From Octopus sinensis (Eukaryota): DNA of 64,000 nucleotides. This document shows positions 12,694 through 25,330 of this stretch, piece after piece. Numbering within the stretch: position 1 is the stretch's first letter; each line of letters opens with the position of its first letter. The notes beneath the pieces are model-generated. The model did no database searches, was not told the DNA's origin, and was given only the letters and a program-made list of their open reading frames with translations. The stretch lies in assembly GCF_006345805.1 (NCBI RefSeq), contig NC_043004.1, positions 1,054,001-1,118,000 of the forward strand, given 5' to 3'. The translations under genes and the position numbers were made by a program.

Positions 12694-13259
12694 TTGGGTT
12701 GTCCGGAAAGTTCGTGCCGATTTTTAAAGGAAAGAAAAAGGTCAATAAATACTTGCCATTACATTTTTAATCAACCAAATATGAACCATTTTGTTGCACA
12801 ATGCGTCTCCATCTTTCCTTTAACTTGAAAATATCCCCTGCCCAGAATTGTGGTGGTTTCATGTCAAAGAATTCTTCATGGCATCTTTTTACGTCATCCA
12901 AGGAACTGAAATTTTTACCATTAAGACTATTCTGTAGAGACCTGAATAAGTGGAAATCCGGAGGAGCAATATCTGGTGAATATGGAGGATGGGGTAACAC
13001 ATCCCAGCCGAGCTGCAGCAATTTTTGTCTGGTTCCCAAACCATCAAGTGCCGAAAATGAACTTTCTTATCTTCCATTTTAAAGGGTTACAGAATTAACA
13101 CAGATTATAGGAACACAAACCTTCTTCCACGAAAAGATAGCTTAAACTGTGCTCTAAATGGAGGTGTAGTCAAATCCTATTTAATGGAATCAACCATGTT
13201 CTAAAATAAGTCGAAAGTTAAGCTACTATAAATCGGCACGAACTTTCTGGACAACCCAA
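12694..13259 (-). mobile_element. Internally deleted mariner (MITE-like), copy 1
   Basis: TIRs TTGGGTTGTCCGGAAAGTTCGTGCCGATTT at both ends, TA flanks, and transposase C-terminus LPHPPYSPDIAPPDFHLF. Confidence 0.92.
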
Positions 13260-13973
13260 TATGTTAACAAGTTTTAGAGTAATTTCTTTTGTGCTGTAAA
13301 CCGTTAATATTTCTGTGGTTCCCCTATTTCTTTTGACACCCTAATCCGGTGCTTAATTTTCAATCCAGCTCTGGATGCACGATGACATTGGATACAAACG
13401 GAAGTGGACGCGCCAGGCACGCGACAAATTACCGAGTAAGATTGTATCTCTGGATGATTTCCACATTAAACTCTCGCAGCGACGTGACCCACTTGAGGAA
13501 TCTGCAACAATACATGGCAACAGCGCAGTTAAAAGGGAACGTACAATATGGAATAAAAACAGGAAGCGAGTTGAGAGTAATTAGGTCATTTCGTAAATTA
13601 ACAAAATACCAACAGTTTGATTTCCATTATTCATTCATACTACACAGGAATGTAAAAATAAAAAAAAAATGACATACAATCTTCGTGCGTCATGCTTTCT
13701 TTCATACTAGATGTGCGCTTTATGCTACGTAACAAACTCTTCCGGGAAATGTAACAAGAGTTTAACGAAGATACTGCCTATACGGCAATTTTGTCGCACA
13801 GCTACCGCATACAGTTACACTTATACATACACACATACATACTAACATACATATATGTATACATACATACATACATACATACATACATACATACATACAT
13901 ACATACATACATACATACATACATACATACGTACATACATATCTATCTATCTGTCTATTTATCTCTCCCTCTC

Positions 13974-14041
<68 letters not shown>

Positions 14042-14231
14042 CGTTATATAATTAGGGCTCAGTAAAATAATTTACTTTACCACATACTGAAACTTTTAGA
14101 AATAGCAGCCAAAAAGTTTTTTTAGCCATTTCTTCTACTATAAGAAAAGTCTCCCAGATAGTGTTTACTCAAAAATAATTCATGTAGATATGGAGGGAAA
14201 AACAACAAAATATGACATGTACAAAGATCAT

Positions 14232-14294
14232 TTGAGAACGTTAACGTTTCTAGATTAGTCGAATTAAAACTCGACATTTCTATCGTCAGCTCAA
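14232..14294 (-). ncRNA. Type I hammerhead ribozyme motif
   Basis: Reverse-complement copy of the 14689-14751 motif. Confidence 0.8.
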
Positions 14295-14688
14295 CATTTC
14301 TTAATTTGGATTTGAAAGCACTAAAAATTGAACATACCCGTCTGATATGTGTAACCTCAGACAAACCATCTCCAAACTGCCAGTGCCAGCAAATTCAAAA
14401 AGTACGAGTGAAGATTCGTATTCTTCCCGCTTCCATCCACGTGAGTTATAGAGTAAACAGATTATTACGGTGAGAACCGCAGTAAAGAACAGGGAGAAAG
14501 GAATTGTATTATCAATAATAAAAGGGTAAAATCAATTAATTATTAATTAATTTCACCAAGTAGTGTTCAGTATGTAAAAGGACCATTCAAGGTATATTCA
14601 AAATATTACGTTATATAATTAGGGCTCAGTACACATATCAGACGGGTATGTTCAATTTTTAGTGTTTTCAAATCCAAATTAAGAAATG

Positions 14689-14751
14689 TTGAGCTGACGA
14701 TAGAAATGTCGAGTTTTAATTCGACTAATCTAGAAACGTTAACGTTCTCAA
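14689..14751 (+). ncRNA. Type I hammerhead ribozyme motif
   Basis: Stem I TTGAG/CTCAA; CTGACGA; stem II TAGA/TCTA plus GTCGAG/TTCGAC; GAAA; palindromic stem III ACGTTAACGT; GUU triplet. Confidence 0.8.
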
Positions 14752-15117
14752 ATGATCTTTGTACAAGTGATATTTTGTTGTTTTTCCCTCCATATCTACG
14801 TGAATTATTTTTGAGTAAACACTATCTGGGAGACTTTTCTTATAGTAGAAGAAATGGCTAAAAAAACTTTTTGGCTGCTATTTCTAAAAGTTTCAGTATG
14901 TGGTAAAGTAAATTATTTTACTGAGCCCTAATTATATAACGTAATATTTTGAATATACCTTGAATGGTCCTTTTACATACTGAACACTACTTGGTGAAAT
15001 TAATTAATAATAATTAATTTTACCCTTTTATTATTGATATATATATATATATATAATATATATATATATAGTGTATGTATCAAATGAAATAAATGAAAAA
15101 CAGGATACAAAGGATGT

Positions 15118-15212
15118 TGCGGTACATATGTTTCGAGCTTTATAGAACAACTTATTCTTACATCAATGCACAATCGACATAACAGATAGTTCAAAAGCCC
15201 TCTTCAGCCGCA
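15118..15212 (-). ncRNA. Type I hammerhead ribozyme motif with long loop II
   Basis: Minus strand: TGCGG-CTGAAGA-GGGCTTT-(52 nt)-AAAGCTC-GAAA-CATATG-TA-CCGCA. Confidence 0.85.
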
Positions 15213-15302
15213 TGCAATTGCTACACCAAAGACTTGTATCACATTATTAAGGTTTGAGAGAAAACATTTGGTATTGTTTATAATGGTCGGTAAACCGAGT
15301 AT

Positions 15303-15378
<76 letters not shown>

Positions 15379-15520
15379 GCAAGTGTAGCTAGTGGTGAGT
15401 GGTAGAGGCGGTCCACCCCGGGCGGCACACACACTAGCAATGCTAGTGTATATGTATGTATGCATGTATGTATGTATGTTGTATGTATGTATGTATGTGT
15501 ATACACACACACACACACAT

Positions 15521-15604
<84 letters not shown>

Positions 15605-15609
15605 TTTTC

Positions 15610-18300
15610 CGAATTGTGTAAATGTGTATAGAATAATATATCAGTTGAATAAAGTTAAAACATGGTCTGGTTTTCACGTTTTTTATTATGGTATTTTAAT
15701 ATTAAAAAATTTTTTCTAATGTTCATTAAGTTCAACTAGCGTTTCATATGTTCGTAGTAATCATCAGATTTCAAAATGCATTTAACTGACAGTTGAGTTC
15801 TTGACAACTGTAGTACCTCTTAAAACGCTCCAGCAAGCTGAATTTTTGGAATACGGTTTTGACCACTCTGCATGCGTACCGATATTCTGTAATTTGTTCA
15901 TATTCACATGTTAAAGATGTTTTTTAATTCACATTATTAACTGGTTGTTATATTATTGTTGTTAATTCCGTTCAGAACATGTTTGAACATTTTAATAAAC
16001 CGTTTTCTTTTTATCTTTCATCCAACCTTACTTGTGTCATGTAGTTTGTTGAAAGAAAAATTAAAAACATATTCTGACTACGTTTCTATATGTTCGCTCA
16101 ATGGAATTTGGCGAACATTGGCGTTCCGGATTTGTTGTCTGTGAACTCGTGAGCGTTCCAATAATGCATTCCCTGTTTCGCCTATAAATAGTTCCCCACA
16201 ATTCGGGTATTTAATGCAGTAGATCAAATTTCTGCTTTTGTAGTTCATATCTACATTTGCGAAAATCTGTCTATTTTTTTTAGTTCTAATAGATCTACCC
16301 GTGTACATGTATTGACAAGTTCCACATCTGTTATCATTACACTTGGATACTGCAAATGTTTTATTCTGTTTGTTCATGTTGAATTTTCCCTTTGATAATA
16401 ATTTCTTTAGGTTATGTGGTTGCCTTTTGCTTAAGATAAGTGTTTGATTAGTTATTAATGTCTTTTAATTTTTCACTTCGTTTTATGATTGGCAAATTTG
16501 TTTTGATGATGTTATAAAAGTTTTGGTGAAGCGGATTGTCTTACTAGAAATGGTATTGTGTTCCGTTGTTGGGTTCGTCTTTTTCGTGTTGATCTAAGCT
16601 GTTCTAAAGGTATTTCTTTTGCCTGTTGTATGCTATTTTCTACTAATAGAAGAGGGTAATTTTGCTTGAGCAGAAATCCTTTGAGTTCTATAAGTCGTGT
16701 GCTTCTGGTATTTGGATCATCTATCATTGTAAAAATTTTCCTGGCTAGACAGTGAGGGATTTTACATTTTATGTGTGTTGGGTGGCATGATTTGAAATTT
16801 AGGTACTGGTGTGTATCTGTGCTTTTATAATAAATATCGGTTGTGATTATGATGTTGTTTTTAATTATAATTATGTCTAGAAATGGTAATTGCATGTTGC
16901 TCATTTATCTTGTGAATTTGAGACTAGGGTATAGATTGTTGAGGAGGGTGCTGAATTGTTCCAGATTTTTTAGGGATTTCGTTCAAATTAGGAAACAATC
17001 ATCATGGTATCTTTTCTATGTATCCTCTATATGTCTTTTAAAGGTCATGTCGTAGTTCTTTTCAATTTTTTGTACATAGGTTTTGTTCCAAGTGCCTCAA
17101 TACTGAGCTGGCGGAAACTGAAGCAAATCCGTCCCCATAGCTGTGCCTCGAAATTGGAGGTAGTTTTTTTTTCCGTTGAAAAGGAATATATTGTTTTCGA
17201 GGATGAGGTTGACCGCGTCTAGTATGAAGGTTACCGTAAATCCATTGGTGATCGCTTCTCTATGTTGCTCGACCCAAATATTTTATGGCAGTAGTTCCCA
17301 AATCATATGGAATGTTCGTATATAAGTTTGTTACATCAAAACTAACAGTGAATTGAATTCTGTTATTTTGGTCATGCGTGATAGTAAATTGATATCATCC
17401 CGAATGAAACTCGGTTTGTGACTACATCGCGATTTTAGTATAATGTCAATGAGGTTGCTCAGATGATGTGTAGGACAGGCTGGACCAGTTATAATGGGAA
17501 TTTTGGTTGAAGTAGTTTTATGTATTCACTACCTTGTTCCTGTGTAGCGCTTTGTATGTCTTTTGACACAGAAGCCATAGAAGTCGCTGGATTTCGACTC
17601 GAAAGTGTTAATATAGTCCCTTTCGTTAGGAGTGAGGGAGTTATAATGTTTTAAGACTAAATAATTGAGTTCCATCCCGATGCGGTGGTCAATATTTGAA
17701 GGTATTTCGTGGTAAAATGTTGTAAAATGCTGTATCCTTCGAATGATCTTCAGCTAGATCCAGGTAATATTCCCTATCGATTATAACAATGACATCCCCT
17801 TTATCCACTTGTTTGATGACAGTTATGTTGTTATTTCTAAGACGTAGAAGGGCAGACTTTTCTAGTTTGGAAACATTTGGTCTGACGTTGATATTATACC
17901 TCAGCGGAAATCTGGAGAGAATGTCAATGAACTAATCTAGATGTGCATTTCATCCTTTTGGAGGGCTAAATTTTGAAGGGACGTGAGGAAGGAGAGTAGT
18001 TTCTGGACAGAGGTTGGGGTAGTGTACGCTTGTAAGTACGACCAACGATTTCTGCTGATCTTGTGAAGCAAAAGTGGACACTGATATGATTTCGTCTCGA
18101 AATAAAAGACTCCTTATTTTTGCCTTTCATTTCACAGAGTAAGTATTATCTTCTAGTATTTATTTTATCTCACTTTGTTTTGTGGTAGCTCCTTGTTGTA
18201 AATGCATAGTGAGCCTACATGAGAATGCTGTAGAAGAATGTCCAACATAACAGCAACTCTCAGATTTACAGTCAAATTTACATTGGTCATTAGTAGCATG
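15610..18300 (-). mobile_element. Decayed Penelope-like element (RT + GIY-YIG)
   Basis: ORF fragments QLPFLDI..TDIYYKSTDTHQYLNFKSCHP (RT thumb) and KC...RCGTC..NLIYCI..C.E.FIGET (GIY-YIG). Multiple stops. Boundaries approximate. Confidence 0.85.
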
Positions 18301-18789
18301 TCCTCAGCTGTATATACTTTTGATATACACTTCCTATACTTAGTAAGGTTTTGGTTTCAGTATTATGTAGTTTAACTCTATAGCCAGCTGAGCTTCATTT
18401 TGTACTTCGCTTTATGAAATTTTCCATGTATACATAAATTTTATGCGGGATTTGTGTATTTCTACTGCGCGTGCCGTCATCCTTCCTCTCCTTATTCTTT
18501 CCCCCTCTTCCTCCTCCTCCAACTTAATATTAGTCGTCTCTCATTTTATGTTTAATTTTCTGCTTTAATTGTCTCGAAAATCTCACTCGACGATACCCTA
18601 CCTTCTCTTTATCTGGGTTAGTCAGTGTTGTTTATATAACCCAACTTATTTCCGTCCTTCTCTTCCTCCTCGCTCTCTCTCACACATACATACATACATA
18701 CATACATACATACATACATACATACATACATACACATATGTTTGCATGTATATATATATATATATGTGTGTATATATATATACACACAC

Positions 18790-19014
18790 GGCGAGCTGGC
18801 AGAAACGTTAGCACGCCGGGCGAAATTCGTAGCCGTATTTCGTCTGTCGTTACGTTCCGAGTTCAAATTCCGCCGAGGTCGACTTTGCCTTTCATCCTTT
18901 CGGGGTCGATAAATTAAGTACCAGTTACGCACTGGGGTCGATGTAGTCGACTTAATCCCTTTGTCTGTCCTTGTTTGTCCCCTCTGTGTTTAGCCCCTTG
19001 TGGGTAGTAAAGAA

Positions 19015-19016
<2 letters not shown>
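18790..19016 (+). mobile_element. tRNA-derived SINE family 2, full length
   Basis: Head GGCGAGCTGGCAGAAACGTTAGC...GAGTTCAAATTCC, central GCCTTTCATCCTTTCGGGGTCGATAAATTAAGTACC, tail GCCCCTTGTGGGTAGTAAAGAAAT. Confidence 0.85.
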
Positions 19017-19077
<61 letters not shown>

Positions 19078-19561
19078 TATGTATAGGTATATGTAATGTG
19101 TGTGCGTACACACACACACACACACACATATATCTATATATAGAAAGAGAGAGAGAGGCAATTAAGCATATAAATAAATTAGATATATTAAATATAGTAA
19201 TTTGAGCATGAAACACAAAATATGTATATATGCATATATGTATATATGCAGACATGAAAAGCGAGAGATAACGAAAGGAGACTTTTAGACGATGAATATT
19301 TAAGCACAAATGTACAGATATTTATTTAATAGATCCGACGTACACAGATTACAAACTACAGAGAAAATTAAAGAGGTCGTCTTATCCTTAGTTGATAACA
19401 ACCATTACTGCCACATATTACCATGGCTCTCCAAGTCCCCAATAGACAGCTGTTGGACTCATAACGCCTTTCATCCACCCCTTTAATTGTCTCTGTTGTT
19501 TGTATTCTGTGTAACCTGGATCAAATATTAATATAAATATCAATATGTTTGTACTTAAATA

Positions 19562-19965
19562 GGCGCAGGCTTGGCTCTGTGGGAAGTTGTTTGCTTACAA
19601 ACCACATGGTTCCGGGTTCCGTCCCACTGCGTAGCACCTTGGGCAAGTGTCTTCTACTATGGCCTCGGGCCGACCAAAGTCTTGTGAGTGGACTTAGTAG
19701 ACGGAGGCGGAAACTGAATGAAGCCCGTCGCATATATTTATTTATTTATATATGTTTGTGAGTCTGTATTTGCCCCCCACCACCATCGCTTGATAACGAT
19801 GTTGGTTTGTTTACGTCCTCGTAACTCAGCGGTTCAGCAAAAGAGTCCGATACAATAAGTACTAGACTTACAAAGAATAAGTCCTGGGTTCGATTTGCTT
19901 GACTAGAGACAGTGCTCCAGCATGGCCACAGTCAAATGACTGAAACAAATAAAAGAATAAAAGAA
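19562..19965 (+). mobile_element. SINE family 1, full length
   Basis: Colinear with the reverse complement of 894-1295. Confidence 0.85.
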
Positions 19966-20140
19966 AACTTTGAAAACGTGTTTTTTTTTTTTTTTTTTTT
20001 TTTGCATATCCGGAATCTTCGTCATCGAAAACTTAGGATCCGGTGAAAAAAAAAGTTAAAAAAAATAAAAAAACGTTTTAGTGACCGAGCGCTAAACTAG
20101 ATCCTGAAAGTTAAGAGGGGAAAAAACGGATCGTGTAAAC

Positions 20141-20491
20141 CAGAGGCTCTCAAACGTTTTGGGCCATCGCCCCTCATGGCCACATATAATGCCCACAGCA
20201 CCCACCCCTATTTTATGCATAAATAAACATATTTTACCAATTTATATATACTATGAATCATTTGATATTTAATATAATATATAATTTTTATACAATACTG
20301 TAACAATATTATAATGGATTCATAGCGTCCCCCAATCCACTATCCCTTCAGTTATCCGGCCACTATCCCTTCAGTTATCCGACACCTTTTTTTCTACCGC
20401 CACCTCTTCACTGCCTCCCTTAGGGACCAGCGCTCACCTGGACCGTCTCAACGTCCACTGGGGGCGGTAGCACCCACTTTGAGAACCTACA
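20141..20491. mobile_element. hAT-type MITE
   Basis: Perfect 8-bp TSD GTGTAAAC (20133-20140 and 20492-20499). Imperfect TIRs CAGAGGCTCTCAAA / TTTGAGAACCTACA. Confidence 0.8.
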
Positions 20492-20809
20492 GTGTAAACT
20501 TTCCGACACTCCTCTCCCCACCCCTTCAGAAAGCATTTTCCCCACAAATTTCTTTAGAATCGTTAGGTATGTGGTTTGAAAGGCGTTTCTGTAAAATTTC
20601 ATCAATATATATCCATTTTCCTGAAAGTTATGAGGGAAAAATCGGATCTTGTGAATTTTCCGAAAGTCCTCTCCCCCACCCACGTTCGTTTGCACAAATT
20701 TTTCTTTCATATTCGTTTTCTACACAGTTTTTAACACCCAGCAGGCTGGAGATTTTTTGTTTTTGTTAACGGGAGTCAATCTTATATTAACCTATACACA
20801 CACTCACAC

Positions 20810-20846
<37 letters not shown>

Positions 20847-20855
<9 letters not shown>

Positions 20856-20985
20856 TTCGAGACAAAACCACTATTTTAATAGTGGTTTTGTCTCGAATTA
20901 ATATTATATAATATTTTACTATAAAATTGGATTTAATCCTAAATCTGATTTTTTCCCTGTAAATTTGGATTTATTCCCTAATATT
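20847..20985 (+). mobile_element. Short PLE-type foldback, family F5, copy 1
   Basis: Perfect 29-bp inverted repeat with 2-nt loop (20847-20906) followed by an ~80-bp tail shared with the 21650 and 30848 copies. Confidence 0.75.
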
Positions 20986-21107
20986 TATTATTATATATAT
21001 ATATGTATGTATACATACAGGCATACATACACGCACATATGTATATATATATATGCGTGTACATACAAGCATACATACACACATTTGTATATATATATAC
21101 ACACATG

Positions 21108-21138
<31 letters not shown>

Positions 21139-21501
21139 TATATATATTATGTGAAATAGAAAGATGAATAATCTTGTAGCAGATTAATCAAAAGTTTAAC
21201 CGATACCTTGGTAGCAAAAATCACAGCAGAAAACAGCACGGTTGGAGGTACAACCATATGGTGTTGCAACCGTGCGTTGGTGCGGATAATTGAAATTAAA
21301 ATATTATTGGTGAATTGAAGAAATGGGGCTGAACGAAGATTGAACAGAAATCGATTTATTTCATTCTACACGTGTTTCGAAAGGCACAATTTACCAAAAT
21401 CCGATTGAATAATGAGACCATATTGTGTCTTTCTCTTCAGGAAGAAATAGGAAATCCGTTGGAAAAAACAAAAACAGAACAGAGGCGGAGCAAAACAAAT
21501 C

Positions 21502-21585
<84 letters not shown>

Positions 21586-21600
21586 CATATATATACATGC

Positions 21601-21649
<49 letters not shown>

Positions 21650-21658
<9 letters not shown>

Positions 21659-21912
21659 TTAGAGACAAAACCACTATTTTGCAAAACAAACAAGGAAAGA
21701 TTGTCGTTCAAGACATGAAACAATTGTAGTGGCGGTTTTTTTTACTTTTTTTTACTTTTTATTAAAATTTTATGTATTAAGTCTTTCCTTGTTTGTTTTG
21801 CAAAATAGTGGTTTTGTCTCGAATTAATATTATATAATATTTTACTATAAAATTGGATTTAATCCTAAATCTGATTTTTTCCCTGTAAATTTGGATTTAT
21901 TCCCTAATATTT
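21650..21912 (+). mobile_element. PLE-type foldback, family F5, copy 2 (3' half of hammerhead)
   Basis: Inverted arm, then TGTC-GTTCAA-GACA-T-GAAA-CAATTG-TA-GTGG, then the shared tail. Confidence 0.75.
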
Positions 21913-22056
21913 ATTATATCTATATATACCTGTATATATATACATAATATATTGATAAAAAAGGTAAGATAACAAAAGAATGAAAGAGACCTCGATATTA
22001 TATAAATAGAGAAATTTATCTGTAAATGTAATATGTGACAATTATTCGGTAGCCAT

Positions 22057-22115
22057 GATAAAACTCCGAGTTTCGGATGCGGGGTGGAAATCCACGCCAC
22101 TATCCCTTCAGTTAT
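22057..22115 (-). ncRNA. Hammerhead-like motif, core variant CTGAAG-GGAT
   Basis: ATAA-CTGAAG-GGAT...ATCC-GAAA-CTC-G-GAG-TT-TTAT. Confidence 0.55.
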
Positions 22116-22169
22116 TCGGCCATCGGAAAAAAAAAGCATTTTTTTTCAAAGCGTTTTTTCCGATGGCCG

Positions 22170-22230
22170 GATAACTGAAGAGATGGCGGCGTGGATTTCC
22201 ACCCCGGCATCCGAAACTCAGAGTTTTATC
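22170..22230 (+). ncRNA. Type I hammerhead-like motif
   Basis: GATAA-CTGAAGA-GAT...ATC(C)-GAAA-CTC-A-GAG-TT-TTATC. Confidence 0.65.
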
Positions 22231-22280
22231 ATGGCTACCGAATAATTGTCACACATTACATTTACACACACACGCATATA

Positions 22281-22362
<82 letters not shown>

Positions 22363-22368
22363 TAATAT

Positions 22369-22640
22369 AAAATAAATATAAGAGAGTGGTCACTATATTG
22401 CTCACTCTAGCACTAGTTAATCCAAAAGGTTTCAACCACGAAAATACATGTTTCCCATGAAGCCAGTACGACTATTTTCGTGGTTGAAACCTTTTGGATT
22501 AACTAGTGCTAGAGTGAGCAATATAGTGACCACTCTCTTATATTTATTTTGTAAAAATATTATAATATGTTATAAAATATTATAATAATCCAGGTTTCTC
22601 GTAGCACTAGGCCACTTGGTGTTGAATAAATATACTATTA
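22369..22640 (+). mobile_element. PLE-type foldback, family F6
   Basis: 78-bp perfect arms 22369-22446 / 22473-22550, 26-nt loop, and a tail beyond the right arm. Begins at a (TA)n tract. Confidence 0.7.
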
Positions 22641-22814
22641 AATTAGTATCTAATTCTCTCACCCTTATTAATTAATTATATACATATATATATATTCTTC
22701 AGACATATTGACTCAAATATATATTTTTTAACCTTTTAAAACAAGCCTTCTGTAGTTTTTTCACTTTTTACTATTTTCTATATATTCAACCACGTGCTTT
22801 CACAAACCAACTTT

Positions 22815-22849
<35 letters not shown>

Positions 22850-22850
<1 letters not shown>

Positions 22851-23130
22851 GGGGGGGCAGTCGATTAGATCGACCCCAATACGCAACTGTTACTTAATTT
22901 ATCGACCCCGAAAGGATGAAAAGCAAAGTCGACCTTGGCGGAAAATGAACTCAGAACGTTAAGACAGATGAAATACCGCTATATATATAGAGAGAGGTCG
23001 ATTTTGCTTTTCTTCCTTTAAGCGTCGATAAATTAAGTAACAGTTGCGTACTGGGATCGATCTAATCGACTGACCCCCACAACTATTCCCCCAAAATTCC
23101 GGGCCTTGTGCCTAGAGTCGAAAATAATAT
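22850..23130. mobile_element. Two partial SINE family 2 copies in inverted orientation
   Basis: Minus copy about 22850-22980 and plus copy about 22996-23130 share the central domain. Confidence 0.7.
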
Positions 23131-24179
23131 ACACACCACTAATATATATTTGTATGTTCTTTTACTTTTACATTCTTTTATCTTTTATTTGCTATATTTG
23201 AGATTTGCAGTAAATTTTTTTAGTAATACAAAGTTGACATGCAATCAAAAAACGAATGTGGTCATATGTAATGATGATGTTGAGGAGGAGGAGGATGAGA
23301 AGGAGGAGGATGAGAAGGAGGAGGAAAATGAAGATGATAAATATTCCCTCCTCCACCTCCTCCTCCTCCTCTTCCCTCCTCCTCCTCTTCCCTCCTCCTC
23401 TCTCCTCCTCCTCCTCTTATTATTTACCACTGTTACCAATGCATTTATTATTCTTGTTCGTTACGGTAGAATCTTTTTCTTTCTTATATTCTCTCTCGTT
23501 ATTCGATATTGTGTCAATCTCTTTCTATTTTCCCCATTGTCAGGAAATCACGCTATTTTATTCATAGTACTTAAACAGTGAATTACCTGTGGATCATCTT
23601 GGCCATTGTTCTCGTCTAATTTCATTTCTGTACCTGATCAACTCAATCCTGCTTAATGCGTTTTCCTGTATATCTTGAGATGAACACCTCTGTTCTTTAC
23701 TTAGCACATTTCCTCCAATTCTTAGTTATCTTTAACTCAATTTACTCACCTTTTATATGATGTGGAGGGGGGCTACCTTTTGGGGGCCGGTAGATATAGT
23801 ACGATATCCAATTGAACACCAACATTTAGCCCATGGTAACTTTTGACCGAGTCCATACTGTGGCGAGCATTTGGCTGAGACTTTTGGATGAGACATCTGG
23901 GTGTGGGTTCCGTGACGTATCTGTGCTCTACCATTCTCTACATTTCCATATGATGTATTAAAAGAAATAGAACTAAACTCTCTTGTCACTCTCTTTTTAC
24001 ATCATCTGTGGACTTTTCTTCAACCTAGGTACCATAAATCACTTCTTATACCCCCTCTACGCACCATATTCCTCTCGAAAATACGTTTCTCAACCCCTGT
24101 CTAACTCCTGTTTTGTTACCCGCTCAACATCCTCTCTTTTAACTTCAGTACAAAAACGTGTGCGCACACACACACACAC

Positions 24180-24230
<51 letters not shown>

Positions 24231-24235
24231 ATATA

Positions 24236-24391
<156 letters not shown>

Positions 24392-24399
24392 ATATATAT

Positions 24400-24443
<44 letters not shown>

Positions 24444-24444
24444 A

Positions 24445-24647
24445 GTTAATCCGAACATAAAAACACAAAGAGAAAACACAACGCGAGGACGTAGATCAAG
24501 TATAGTGTTATTGGACGCTCAGGAAAGGAAAGAAAGAAGGATTTAACGTTTCGAGCGCAGCTCTTCGTCAGAAACATAGGAAAAGGAAAGATCCAAGGAA
24601 GGGAAGACGGAGAAAGAAAATCGCCAATGATACACACGCGGTCACAT
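24445..24647 (-). mobile_element. Dispersed ~205-bp element F7 with minimal hammerhead-like motif, copy 1
   Basis: Homologous to 34097-34304. Both lie between (TA)n tracts. Motif at 24541-24575. Confidence 0.7.
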
Positions 24648-24670
24648 ATTGAAATGATCGGAAGGGAATA

Positions 24671-24704
<34 letters not shown>

Positions 24705-24749
24705 TCCACTGGCGCGGATCGCAAGCTTTCTTTCAGATCGCTGCATCGT

Positions 24750-25330
24750 AGAAGAGAGACCGCAAAAGTATCCAGTTATTTCCCTTTTAACAGTAGAACA
24801 AAATAAAGAAATAAAAGCACTAACGCATACCAAGAAAACATCAATGGACTTCTTCGAGATATGAGTGGCTTTTCAGCTAAAACCCACATAATCGATTCAG
24901 ATGTTTGGTCACCCTATCACCAAGGATCATTTTCGGAGGATGCATTGCCTTAAAATAGACCGAAGATGTTTTAGTCCCCGCCAAAACTGCAAACGCTCTA
25001 AAAAGCTCAAGTGAAGCACACAAACGCATACTGCTTCCACACCTGCTACGGTGCTGCTGTTATACTCACAGGCATTTTTCGTAGAAAAGCTACTCAACCG
25101 ATTGGTAGTAAATCCTTCATGGATACGTCCAGCCTCGGGCCCAGAGACATGCTGCCTCCTACCTCTCTCTGTCTTTTCTACCACAGTTATAACGGCCCCA
25201 TTCCTCTGCGTCGGCTGACCTTGTACCGCCTCTACGCAGCCACTTCAGATCCCTTGTGCACCTTGCGCTTCCCCCTCTCCTAAATGTACTAGTAACCACG
25301 TTTTGTTCTTTCTTCTCTGAACACTGACCT
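24750..25330 (-). mobile_element. Possible very decayed RTE-like LINE fragment
   Basis: Minus-strand peptide ..LSSFSTKN..YNSSTV..LERLQ..HLRSIL loosely resembles the RTE post-RT region. Weak. Confidence 0.3.

Larger units (their letters stand above)
14041..15038. mobile_element. PLE-type LTR foldback element with two inverted arms
   Basis: 14041-14353 is the reverse complement of 14630-14942, and 14511-14631 of 14919-15038. Flanked by (TA)n. Confidence 0.85.
21955..22266 (-). mobile_element. PLE-type foldback, family F4
   Basis: 22021-22130 is inverted at about 22155-22266, with an extra tail at 21955-22020. Each arm carries a hammerhead-like motif. Confidence 0.75.

Noticed and set aside
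15735-15775. CTGATGA...GAAA on the minus strand in the PLE 3' region
   Set aside because: Stems I and II do not pair. At best a decayed hammerhead.
18250-18310. CTGAGGA on the minus strand near the PLE 5' end
   Set aside because: No downstream stem II/GAAA.
23280-23420. (GAG)n followed by (CTC)n forming a potential hairpin
   Set aside because: Low-complexity coincidence, common in this genome type.
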